Shown one piece after another: positions 30,048 through 39,184 of a DNA stretch of 64,000 nt (positions are counted from its first letter, which is position 1; the number at the start of each line of letters is the position of its first letter). The notes below the pieces were generated by a model, which was given only the letters and a program-made list of their open reading frames with translations, did no database searches and was not told the DNA's origin. The position numbers and the translations under genes are program-made. This DNA is from a virus: IMG/VR virus record IMGVR_UViG_3300001683_000001, positions 1-64,000 of that record. One strand, given 5' to 3'.

Positions 30048-31112
30048 ATGGCGAACTCGATAGTCGTGACCATCAACAATAGCACAGCCCTGAGTGGAGT
30101 CCGTCGCGTGAGGATGCGGCGAACCATGAACGCACCATCTTCGGCTACGGTTGAAATCAACAATGTCGCAAATGTCCGAGGCTTCTCTGCCGACAGAGGT
30201 GATACCATCAAGATTCAGGCCAGCCCACGCGGTCCTCGCTCTCTCGTCCCGACCGTGTTCTACGGGACAATCACAGACATCGAAACCACATCCTCGACAT
30301 TCACCATCACGGCTCTCGACACCCTCGGCCTTCTCGGCAACGAAATCATCCTGACCAATCCTTCATCCATAGCCACACAGGAAGATGCGGCAACGGTGGT
30401 GAAGCAGATTGTCGCTGATTCCAATTACGACCTCTCACTCGATGGGATGATTGGCGAAACCAATGTTGTCCTATCAGCGGGACTCAACCTCGTAGGGAAG
30501 ACTCGATTGGCGGGAGTGCAGAGTGTCCTCTCGTTGGTGAATTGCATCCCGGCTAAGTTCGTTATCGAGGCCGACATGGACAAGGCTGGAATTAGGTTGC
30601 TCCAATTACATGAGGTGGAAGACACATCAGTCACTCCCTACACCGCTGGAAGTCTTCCGCGAACGAGCGACCCCCTCGACCTCTATCCCACCATGATAGA
30701 ACGGAATGAGGACGAGGTGGATTTGGTCAATTTAGTGACGGTCAAAAACACCTCGCTGAACATCCAAGTCACAGAGCCAATTACTGTTCCAACCAATCCA
30801 ATCCACAGGCTCTACGAAGAAAACTCAATCACGGATGAAACCCAAGCCCGGTTGTTTGCTCGACAGACCCTCCAACAGCAGGGTCGCACGAAGGCCCGAT
30901 GGGATGTGGAAGCACAGCCTGAGAGATTCGACATCAAGGCTGGCGACATCATTAGTTTTGCATCGGTGGATGGTGGTCTTGCAGGGAGGCAGAGAGTGTT
31001 CGATGTCCGTTGGACTTTCCAACCATCAGGCTCATCCACATTCCTCTCCGTCGGACGGCAAGAACCTGACTTCCTCTCGGCTCTCAGATTCGCCTCCAAT
31101 CTCTCGACCTGA
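30048..31112 (+). CDS. baseplate hub/Tal-like tail protein
   Basis: VFYGTI...ITALD..G.L; IKAGDII; synteny. Confidence 0.65.
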   Translation: MANSIVVTINNSTALSGVRRVRMRRTMNAPSSATVEINNVANVRGFSADRGDTIKIQASPRGPRSLVPTVFYGTITDIETTSSTFTITALDTLGLLGNEIILTNPSSIATQEDAATVVKQIVADSNYDLSLDGMIGETNVVLSAGLNLVGKTRLAGVQSVLSLVNCIPAKFVIEADMDKAGIRLLQLHEVEDTSVTPYTAGSLPRTSDPLDLYPTMIERNEDEVDLVNLVTVKNTSLNIQVTEPITVPTNPIHRLYEENSITDETQARLFARQTLQQQGRTKARWDVEAQPERFDIKAGDIISFASVDGGLAGRQRVFDVRWTFQPSGSSTFLSVGRQEPDFLSALRFASNLST

Positions 31113-31137
31113 GAAATCAGGCTGGAATCGCACTTTC

Positions 31138-31191
31138 CTCGCGTGTGCGCGCACACCTGCGCGCGAGAGTCGCTCATGTTCTGCGGAACAT
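31138..31191. repeat. bipartite element
   Basis: CTCGCG..CGCGAG, 8 bp, ATGTTCTGCGGAACAT (31176). Confidence 0.9.
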
Positions 31192-31334
31192 TTTAATCAA
31201 AACACAAGAACGGGAGGTCGCCTTGACGGCAAACAGGGACAGCCGAGGCTATGTCCCGAATCATATCGGAGCCGAGCCGAGCCTCGCGCGCGTGAGCGCG
31301 CGTGCGCTTATGCCCGCGTAGTTCGCGCGATGCC

Positions 31335-31414
31335 GAAAGGGACCGTCGGCGTGGTCAGAAAATGCGATATTGAGGTCGAAACCTATTGATTTGCCCTATC
31401 TATTGATATAGGGG
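31335..31414 (+). promoter_or_regulatory. class-I promoter, copy 3
   Basis: GTGGTCAGAAAATGCGATATTGAGG...TTGATATA 32 nt before ATG 31435. Confidence 0.75.
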
Positions 31415-31434
31415 AGGCCGACGCAGGTCATTAC

Positions 31435-32208
31435 ATGACCTGCGAAATGAAGCCGAACAACACTCCAACCAGCCGAGGTTCCGTCGGAGTATGCTACGCT
31501 GCCGACCGCACCGACATCCAAGTCACTCACAGCCTTGAGAGCAACGGATGGAAGCCATGCAAGATGGGAGTCCTTGCGAACTTCTCAGTAGCGGCCCTCA
31601 AGGAACTCGGCCTCTCGACCTACCGCATCAACAGAATCGCAATCAAGTATGTCTTCGTCGAGGCTGGAACACAGACCCGATACGACGAGATTCGGAATGA
31701 GCCATCTTGGCTCGGCCTCTGCATGAATGAGGGCAAGTCACAACACGGCGGGATGGATTGGCATGGGAACAAAATCCCTCAAACTCACTACTTCACCATC
31801 TATGTCCTCACCACCAAGAGGGTCAGGGGAGAGGTCATTCGCCGCCCTCTCAACGAGGTCATGCAGACTATCACTCACGAACTCGTCCATGTGGCTCAGG
31901 GAGCCGAGGACCGCCTTCACTACACCTACTACAACAAGGGCTGGAAGGTTCGCTACACGACCCCATCGGGAACCAGCATGACCTACTATCAGGGAGAGGA
32001 CGAACTCTCATGGGAAGACCGAGGCCATGAGTGGGAGGCCGTCAGCCACCAGCGCGTGACCCTCGCCAACATCCTCAACCCGGACCACGATTCCCTCACC
32101 GTTCGCATCAAGGGCCTCAACCATGAGGACGCAAACAACGGCTGGAATGTTCGCTACAATGAGATGGAGATGTCCTTCAATTACACCGAGATGGAGATGT
32201 CGGCATGA
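31435..32208 (+). CDS. zincin metallopeptidase (early cassette 3)
   Basis: THELVHVAQ...EWEA. Confidence 0.75.
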   Translation: MTCEMKPNNTPTSRGSVGVCYAADRTDIQVTHSLESNGWKPCKMGVLANFSVAALKELGLSTYRINRIAIKYVFVEAGTQTRYDEIRNEPSWLGLCMNEGKSQHGGMDWHGNKIPQTHYFTIYVLTTKRVRGEVIRRPLNEVMQTITHELVHVAQGAEDRLHYTYYNKGWKVRYTTPSGTSMTYYQGEDELSWEDRGHEWEAVSHQRVTLANILNPDHDSLTVRIKGLNHEDANNGWNVRYNEMEMSFNYTEMEMSA

Positions 32209-32265
32209 AGACCGAGAGATTCCTCGACGACCTGACGGCCGAAATCTTCGGGGGGTCGAACTGAG

Positions 32266-32379
32266 ATGAGCGTGCAGATTCCCGCATGGTCTTTCGGCCT
32301 CATGGTGGTTGTGAGTATGCCCTTCGGAATGCTTCTCGTATGGGCCTTCGCTTCCGGCAAAATTACCCTCCGTCAATAG
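32266..32379 (+). CDS. 37-aa membrane micropeptide (paralog of 11727-11834)
   Basis: MSVQIPAWSFGLMVVVSMPFGMLLVWAFASGKITLRQ read manually. Confidence 0.6.
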   Translation: MSVQIPAWSFGLMVVVSMPFGMLLVWAFASGKITLRQ

Positions 32380-32445
32380 ACGCATTCGACGCGCTCTATT
32401 GGCCTCTTTTCGACGAGGGTGAAATGGGTGTTTTCGGGAGGTCCT

Positions 32446-32510
32446 TCGCGCGTGCGCGCGCGTGGGGGTGCGCGAGCGCACGCGAGATTCGCCCATGTTC
32501 CATAGAACAT
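32446..32510. repeat. bipartite element
   Basis: CGCGAG, 8 bp, ATGTTCCATAGAACAT (32495). Confidence 0.9.
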
Positions 32511-32578
32511 TAGTCCGCACTCGGAACCGAAATCACAGCCCAAATGGTGATGACCCTCCGATATTGAGAAGTGAGTGA

Positions 32579-34096
32579 ATGGGCGATTCACTATCCACTC
32601 GACTCTCGATGGAGCAAGCGAAGGAGATAGCCCTCTATCCCGATAGGTGGGCTTGCTTCTTCCGCACCATTGACGGCAAGGAGTTCAGTCTTGCCGAGCG
32701 ACCCTACCTCATTGAGATTTATCGGCACTTCACACCCAAGATGAAAAACAACAAGGCGAAGATAATCCTGTTGAAATGTTCGCGCAAAGTGGAGAAGACC
32801 GAAACCCTCTGCAACATCCTGATGTATGGCCTCCTGAACATCCCCTACTTCAACGCCGTCTATACGGCTCCACGACAGCCGCAGGTCACACGCTTCGTGG
32901 AGGAACGACTCAACGGCGCGCTCATGTCCAGCATCAACGATGGGTGTCTGATGCGACCTCGCATCAAGCAATCTGTGAGCCATCAGACCTTTGATGTCGG
33001 AGCGCGGAACTACAACCACTTCTACGCCTACTCCAATTGGGGTGATGCACACGCTCTGCTCGGCATCGAGGGCGACCTCTGTTGCATAGACGAATATCAG
33101 GACTCAGGTGCGGATGTTCTGCCGATGCTGTTGGAGATATTGGCGATGTCTGATTTCAAGTGGGTGTTGATTAGCGGAACGGCGCGAGAACAGGGGTCGT
33201 CATTTTGGAAATTATGGGAGCAATCCACGAAGGGAGAGTGGGATGGAGAGAAGTGGAGTCACGGTGAGAGCGAGGACGACATCATGGGCTATCACATCAA
33301 CCAATTGATGCACCCCGACATCACACAGGAAGACCTCGATATGAAGAAGCGAACCTACACTCCACGCCGATTCGCTAACGAGGTCATGGGCGAGTTCTTC
33401 GCGGGAGCCACGAAGCCCCTGACCTTCGACGAAGTTCTCGGAACATTGGACAAAGAGCGAGAGGTAGTCAAAGGTGTGAAGCCTCCTGATGAAACCGTGA
33501 TGGGAGTGGATTGGGGCAATCAGACAACGGTGATGATAATGAACGCCGAGGGAGATATTCTCAACGCGGTCAAATTAGACAGTCGTGCTGACCATGATGA
33601 TGACGAGGTGGAGAGAATCAAGGAACTCATCCTCCGCTACAATTGCACTCAGGTTGTGTGCGACATTGGCTTCGGCGCGAGGCAGGTCAAGGAACTCCAA
33701 CGAGAGTTCGGGGAGAGGGTCAAGTCGTGCTACTACTCAAGCCGTCCAATGACCCCCTTTGAATATAAAAAACGGGATAATAATCGGAACCTCATCTTCA
33801 TGTGCGTCGTGGACAGAACATCCTACATCGAGGACACCATCGAGGCCATCAAGAATGGGGAAGTCACAATCCCATACGCTACGACAGAATTGGAGTGGGT
33901 CATCCATGAGTGGACAGCCCTGAACTCGTCAGCGGAGAACGACTTGCTCAACACGCGCCCTGTGCGTGGTCAGACCTTGACTAAGTTCGGCAGGGACGGG
34001 GATGACCACGCCTTCCATGCGTTGCTCTATGCGAGGCTCGCGTTGGGCTTCGTCATGGACTCAGGTCTTCCGCAGATACGAGTCTTCGGAGAATAG
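32579..34096 (+). CDS. terL: terminase large subunit
   Basis: KCSRKVEKTE (Walker A-like), IDEYQ, ISGT, RFANEVMGE, MGVDWG, DDHAFHA. Confidence 0.8.
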   Translation: MGDSLSTRLSMEQAKEIALYPDRWACFFRTIDGKEFSLAERPYLIEIYRHFTPKMKNNKAKIILLKCSRKVEKTETLCNILMYGLLNIPYFNAVYTAPRQPQVTRFVEERLNGALMSSINDGCLMRPRIKQSVSHQTFDVGARNYNHFYAYSNWGDAHALLGIEGDLCCIDEYQDSGADVLPMLLEILAMSDFKWVLISGTAREQGSSFWKLWEQSTKGEWDGEKWSHGESEDDIMGYHINQLMHPDITQEDLDMKKRTYTPRRFANEVMGEFFAGATKPLTFDEVLGTLDKEREVVKGVKPPDETVMGVDWGNQTTVMIMNAEGDILNAVKLDSRADHDDDEVERIKELILRYNCTQVVCDIGFGARQVKELQREFGERVKSCYYSSRPMTPFEYKKRDNNRNLIFMCVVDRTSYIEDTIEAIKNGEVTIPYATTELEWVIHEWTALNSSAENDLLNTRPVRGQTLTKFGRDGDDHAFHALLYARLALGFVMDSGLPQIRVFGE

Positions 34097-34224
34097 ACGA
34101 ATCTGACCCGATTAGAAGCCCATAGAGCGCGTCGGAGATGCTCAGGGGGTATCGGGAGGGGCAAGAGCGACAACAACCTCTACGACCCCTTCATTGAAGA
34201 CGGTGGGGCATTTCCTCCCTGTTC

Positions 34225-35964
34225 ATGCCGTTGGTGAAGATTACCATCCCGTCGAAGTCCAATCTACCTGACCTGTGGGAAGACATCCAACCGGACTTCC
34301 CCATGCCGTCACCACGACCATACCAAGCAGAATCACTCTCGGTCATTAAGTGGGCGTTGGACAACGACGACTTCGACAACATCGTCGTCCAAGCACCGAC
34401 CGGCATCGGGAAGTCGGCCATCGCCATGACGATGCAGAAGTGGTTCCAATCGGCATACCTGCTCACTCCGACGCTCGGCCTGACTCAGCAGTATCGTCGT
34501 GACTATGGGAACATGATGAAGGAGGTCAAGGGACGAGCGAACTTCCCCTGTTGGGTGCGAACCGGCGATGCCGCCAACGCTCCCTGTTGGACGAGCAGGG
34601 GAGTCTGTCCTCACACCAAGCGGGATGACCCATGTCCCTACTACGAGCAGAAGTATGAGGCGGCTGACGCGAGGCTCACCCTGTCGAACCCTGCCTACCT
34701 GTTCCGAGTGATTCAGGGCGACACCCTGTTCGACCAGCGGGACTTCGCCATCATTGACGAGGCTCACAACATGGAGCCGTTCCTACTCGACTTGTTTGAG
34801 GTTCGCATAACCCTCAAGGACTACACGATGGTCTTCGGTCCTCGCGCGAACTTCCCCATGCACTACCACCCTGCTGATTGGGTCGAGCCTCTCACCGAGA
34901 TGAGGAAGTCAGCGGAGTTCGGGATAGCGGCGGCAGAGGACAGCGGCGATGATGTCGCGCTCGACAAGTTCCGCGCTCTGCTCGACAAGACCTCGGTTGC
35001 GATTGAACTGCTCAGGAACCCGAACCAAGTGGTCGTCGAGAACGAGAGCGACAGGGCTGGTCGCTATCTGAAAATCAAACCAATCCGAGTCAAGGAAATC
35101 GCCGCTGAACGGTTGGAGCAAATCTCTCGGAAGCGCATCTTCCTATCAGCCACCATCCTCGACATAGACACCTTCCTGAATAACCTCGGATTGGAGTCCC
35201 AACGAACCCTCTATGTGAACATCACACAGTCACCCTTCCCACCTCAGAACTTCAACATCCACATCGCTCCCTGCGGTTCGATGTCCTACGCCAAGCGAGC
35301 CAAATCTCTGCCTCGCCAAATCAACGCCATCGCCGCCATCATGGAACGGTTCCCACACAAACGCGGGGTCATCCTCCCACACAGCCACGCCATCCGCACA
35401 GAGATAGTGGAGAGCCTCAAGGAGAGGGGCTATGGAGATAGGGTCATCACTCACGGCTCAGACCCCAAAGGTCGCAAGGCCGCGCTCCGAGAGTTCTTTG
35501 AGAATCCGGCTGACGACCTCGTTCTCATCAGCACCTATGTCGGGGAGGGATTCGACTTCAAGGGAAGGCTGGCGGAGTGGCTGGTCATCTGCAAGATTCC
35601 CTACCTCCCAATCAAGGGCGATGCCGTCATCGAGATGCGGATGCAAGAGGACGAGCATGAGTGGCGAGCCAAGCATGAAGGCTCTCCCAAGTGTCCCTAC
35701 GAGCCTCCATCGAAATACTCCAACGGCCTCTGTGGTTCCTTCTCCTGTCCGGCTCCCTGCAAGGCGTGGTATCGTCTGCAAACCGCCCTCAAGTTAGTGC
35801 AGGGTGCTGGTCGGATTATCCGAAGCCCGACCGACCGAGGACACCTGTTCATCCTCGATGGTTCTTGGGAGCGATTCGCCCGTCAGAATACGCACCTGTT
35901 CCCGGCGTGGTTCCGCAACGGTATCACCGATTGCCCGGTGTGGTTGAAGCGGCACACGGTTTAG
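34225..35964 (+). CDS. XPD/DinG/Rad3-family SF2 helicase with Fe-S cysteines
   Basis: APTGIGKS, KGRANFPC, CPYY, IIDEAHN, LSAT, QGAGRIIR. Confidence 0.9.
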   Translation: MPLVKITIPSKSNLPDLWEDIQPDFPMPSPRPYQAESLSVIKWALDNDDFDNIVVQAPTGIGKSAIAMTMQKWFQSAYLLTPTLGLTQQYRRDYGNMMKEVKGRANFPCWVRTGDAANAPCWTSRGVCPHTKRDDPCPYYEQKYEAADARLTLSNPAYLFRVIQGDTLFDQRDFAIIDEAHNMEPFLLDLFEVRITLKDYTMVFGPRANFPMHYHPADWVEPLTEMRKSAEFGIAAAEDSGDDVALDKFRALLDKTSVAIELLRNPNQVVVENESDRAGRYLKIKPIRVKEIAAERLEQISRKRIFLSATILDIDTFLNNLGLESQRTLYVNITQSPFPPQNFNIHIAPCGSMSYAKRAKSLPRQINAIAAIMERFPHKRGVILPHSHAIRTEIVESLKERGYGDRVITHGSDPKGRKAALREFFENPADDLVLISTYVGEGFDFKGRLAEWLVICKIPYLPIKGDAVIEMRMQEDEHEWRAKHEGSPKCPYEPPSKYSNGLCGSFSCPAPCKAWYRLQTALKLVQGAGRIIRSPTDRGHLFILDGSWERFARQNTHLFPAWFRNGITDCPVWLKRHTV

Positions 35965-35999
35965 CACAGTTCAAGACGGTGGGGATTGACCATACTTGC

Positions 36000-37157
36000 A
36001 TGAATGCGGGAGTCCTCCAACGACAGGCGGCTCGATGGAAGCGTCAGGCGGATGCTGGCGAAATGCCTGAGGAACTATTCCGAGTCATCGCCAAAGGAAC
36101 CAGCGGGACTGAGAAGCGACAGGTGACTAACCTCGCTCGCGTGTCGAGAATCGTCGCATCCAATGGAACCATCAGACCCTACGACGAGTTCAAGCACGAT
36201 TGGAATTATGAACGCTCCTTTTACGGGACTCACGACACATGCGAACTATGCGGGAAGAACCCCATCGTAGAGAATTGTGTCTTGCTCGACATGGAGGCCG
36301 ACAATCGAATCATCATCGGGAATGTATGCGTCTATCGCTACATGGAAATTGAGGTGGACGGAATCACACTCAAGGGAGAGGACAAAGAGAAGTTTTTGCG
36401 AGAGAACATGAACAGGGCGAAGACCGACCATCGCCGCGCTCAGTTCGCCTCCAATTGGCCCACCATGCTCACCGACCTCAAACGATACGAGGACTTGATG
36501 ACGAGCCGGTATTGGAGCAACGGTAGAAAGACCCCCAAGAGCAAGGAGTGGGAGTCCCTCCATAGGTGTGCTGTGAATCGCATGGCGAAACATGGGTATC
36601 TCGGTCCCAAGATGATAGGGCGATGGGAAGTCTTCATGGAAAATGCCGAGGTCAATCTCAGAGCGTGGAACGAGGAACAGGAAGTGCTGGCCGAGGAACG
36701 AAGGATTCGACATGAGCAAGACCAGCAGAGGCGGAAAAAATTGGCTCAGGAACTCAACCAAAAGCGGAACGAATGGAACGCGCTGGCGGATGAGTGGAAC
36801 GAGAAGGCTCAGGGGGTCGAGCGTGGCTTCAACGATTGGGAGCGACGAATGGTTCCGAAGGTGGTTCAGATGATTCGATATACAGGTCCCGCTACTCTCC
36901 GGGGAGGGTATCTGACTTTCCATGATGAAGTCGTGGCGAAGACCTCACTTCAATCAGGGTCTTACGACAGTTCAAATCCACAGGTCAAGGAACTCCAAGA
37001 GTGGAGTCAAGAGGCTGGCTTCCTCAACGCATGGGAGGCATTGTTCATCGAGTCGGTGACGGTGCGATTGATGTGTGGGCGAGTCCTGTCTGAGAAGCAA
37101 GAGGAAATCGTCAGTAGAATCCGAGCCAAGTGGAAGCATCGGGTGACTCCGGCATGA
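36000..37157 (+). CDS. hypothetical protein with CELCGK...IGNVC Zn motif and C-terminal WE..F....LSEKQ module
   Basis: Start fixed by promoter 35970. Confidence 0.7.
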   Translation: MNAGVLQRQAARWKRQADAGEMPEELFRVIAKGTSGTEKRQVTNLARVSRIVASNGTIRPYDEFKHDWNYERSFYGTHDTCELCGKNPIVENCVLLDMEADNRIIIGNVCVYRYMEIEVDGITLKGEDKEKFLRENMNRAKTDHRRAQFASNWPTMLTDLKRYEDLMTSRYWSNGRKTPKSKEWESLHRCAVNRMAKHGYLGPKMIGRWEVFMENAEVNLRAWNEEQEVLAEERRIRHEQDQQRRKKLAQELNQKRNEWNALADEWNEKAQGVERGFNDWERRMVPKVVQMIRYTGPATLRGGYLTFHDEVVAKTSLQSGSYDSSNPQVKELQEWSQEAGFLNAWEALFIESVTVRLMCGRVLSEKQEEIVSRIRAKWKHRVTPA

Positions 37158-37444
37158 CGAGATTCCTTCTCGACAAGGACATCCCGAAGGCGGTCCTGAC
37201 TCCACACAATCGCAATCTCGGTCAGGTCGCACGCGAGGCTCCTGTCTATGGGATTGCAGTTCTCGATGTCTGTCCCAATCCAAACTGCCGCCGAGATGGT
37301 CCGATGGACGCTCTCATGCTCGGACCTCTGAACCTGTGGCCGAACATGGCGGTGGTCTGTGGCGACGAGGGATGTGGAGTTCATTGGGTGATGGTCGGAG
37401 TGCCGCCTGAGAAGACCCAATGGATTCTGTCCGAAAACGAATGA
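37154..37444 (+). CDS. Zn-ribbon protein
   Basis: CPNPNC...CGDEGC; ATGA overlap. Confidence 0.55.
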   Translation: MTRFLLDKDIPKAVLTPHNRNLGQVAREAPVYGIAVLDVCPNPNCRRDGPMDALMLGPLNLWPNMAVVCGDEGCGVHWVMVGVPPEKTQWILSENE

Positions 37445-37509
37445 CCGTCCGGTGTGCCGACCTCTCAGCGTCACCGGTGACGAGAACTCGGTTCCATACC
37501 GATTTGGGA

Positions 37510-37563
37510 ATGTTCTGTGGAACATGCCCGGTCCTCGCGTGAGCGCATGCGCGCGCGCGTGAG
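37510..37563. repeat. bipartite element
   Basis: ATGTTCTGTGGAACAT, 8 bp, CTCGCG. Confidence 0.9.
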
Positions 37564-37576
37564 GCGCAAGGGACCT

Positions 37577-37645
37577 CGGTGTAGTCAGAAATCGGGTTTT
37601 CAGGCTCCAAAACCATTGATTTACCCTATTCATTGATAAGGGAGA
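37577..37645 (+). promoter_or_regulatory. class-I promoter, copy 4
   Basis: GTAGTCAGAAA...TTGATTTACCCTATTCATTGATAAG 32 nt before ATG 37665. Confidence 0.7.
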
Positions 37646-37664
37646 GGCCCCCCCTGCTCTCGCT

Positions 37665-38060
37665 ATGCGAGAGCAGATTTCAACCCACGCCCTACAAAGA
37701 GCAGACAGCAGACTCGTCGGTGACGAGGCTGAAATCGTGCGCCAAGCGGTGCGCGACGCCATCCGCCGCTACCCCGGCAAGTCCGTCGGAGTCATCGCTC
37801 ACCGACTGAACTCACAGCGCAACGAGGCATGGGGTCAGACCAGCAACGGAGATTGCGTCGTAGCCATCGTCCGAGGCGGCTCGGTGAAGACAATCTACCT
37901 GCGCCGAGCCACACAGACCTTCGACCTCTCCGTCAGCCGCACCGATGTCTTGGTGGATATGACCGGGACTGTCCTCTCCAAGCCCATCGTTGGGCGCGGC
38001 CACCAGCCTCGCCGCAACGACGAGCCAAAGAACATCTTCATCATGAACAGGAGGAACTGA
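37665..38060 (+). CDS. hypothetical protein (early cassette 4)
   Basis: STHALQR...VVAIVRGG; ATG 32 nt from TTGATAAG. Confidence 0.65.
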   Translation: MREQISTHALQRADSRLVGDEAEIVRQAVRDAIRRYPGKSVGVIAHRLNSQRNEAWGQTSNGDCVVAIVRGGSVKTIYLRRATQTFDLSVSRTDVLVDMTGTVLSKPIVGRGHQPRRNDEPKNIFIMNRRN

Positions 38061-38062
38061 AC

Positions 38063-38881
38063 ATGAGCAACACAAACCCCCTCTGCACCTACAACGACAT
38101 GGGTGACTTCGGCAAGCGGGACTACGGCTCGGTGGATGAATACGAAGCCAGCGATTCTTGCCTGACGGTCATTCACAATAGGACGACCTCGACCGGCGAC
38201 CAACCTGCTAACATCGGAGTCCTTGCAGACTACTGTGTGGAGGCGTTCAGGAACCTCGGAATGTCCGAGCGCAGAATCGACGAGCAAGTGATTCGCCTCA
38301 CCTTCCTCCGACAAGCCGACCAAGAGGACTTCAACGAGGAAGCGAACACGGCTGGCGACGAATGGTGTGGGGTGTGTAATTCTTCCCAATTAGGAAGCAT
38401 GACCTTTGAACACCACATCTTCCTAATCACCAACGGAGGTCACGAAGCCAACGACGACGAGATAAACTTGGAAGAAGTCATGCGGTGCTTGACTCACGAA
38501 CTTGTTCATGCCGCACAGGCCGCGAAGGACACCCTCCACTACACATGGTTCCCTGTGAGGGGAGTGTGCAAGATTCGCTTCATGGACGGCAACGGGATTC
38601 AGAAGGCTTGGGACGATGGCGTGGGAAGCCTCGACTACTACGACAGAGCATGGGAGTGGGAGGCATACGCCAAGCAGACCAACCTGATGCTGACCATCTT
38701 CGACACGACCTCTATCCGAATCACGAATCTCGTCGTGGAAAACATCCGCCCCGAAACCCGCGAGGATATGTTCGTGGGAGCATGGAACGCCTTCATCGGA
38801 GGCGAGGTAGTCAGCCAAGCATCTGAGCAGGGACAGTTCCTCCGAACGGCCCTATGCTCCCGCCGCGCCCGTTCTTGCTGA
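38063..38881 (+). CDS. zincin metallopeptidase, paralog of 31435-32208
   Basis: THELVHAAQ..D.LHY...R.WEWEA. Confidence 0.75.
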   Translation: MSNTNPLCTYNDMGDFGKRDYGSVDEYEASDSCLTVIHNRTTSTGDQPANIGVLADYCVEAFRNLGMSERRIDEQVIRLTFLRQADQEDFNEEANTAGDEWCGVCNSSQLGSMTFEHHIFLITNGGHEANDDEINLEEVMRCLTHELVHAAQAAKDTLHYTWFPVRGVCKIRFMDGNGIQKAWDDGVGSLDYYDRAWEWEAYAKQTNLMLTIFDTTSIRITNLVVENIRPETREDMFVGAWNAFIGGEVVSQASEQGQFLRTALCSRRARSC

Positions 38882-39019
38882 TTCCGGGTCAATAGAGGCC
38901 CCATAGAGGCCGTCTGACGCTCAGGACGCCCCGATACAGCCCTAATGCCCTCAACGCGCTCTGCACCCGCTCCCTCGCACTCGCCTCTGCGAGCGCACAT
39001 CTGCGCCCACCCGCCCCTA

Positions 39020-39095
39020 CGCGAGCGCATACCCGCGCGTGCGCGCCCACGCTCGCGCGCACACGCGAGAGAATCGCTCATGTTCCACAGAACAC
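39020..39095. repeat. bipartite element
   Basis: RY tract, CGCGAG, 10 bp, ATGTTCCACAGAACAC (39080). Confidence 0.9.
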
Positions 39096-39184
39096 GACCG
39101 GTTCCGTCACCGGTGACTTTCGGAACCACTCACAACAGACATCGCCCTCTCCTTCAAGACGGTGGGAGTCACACGCTGGTTGGT

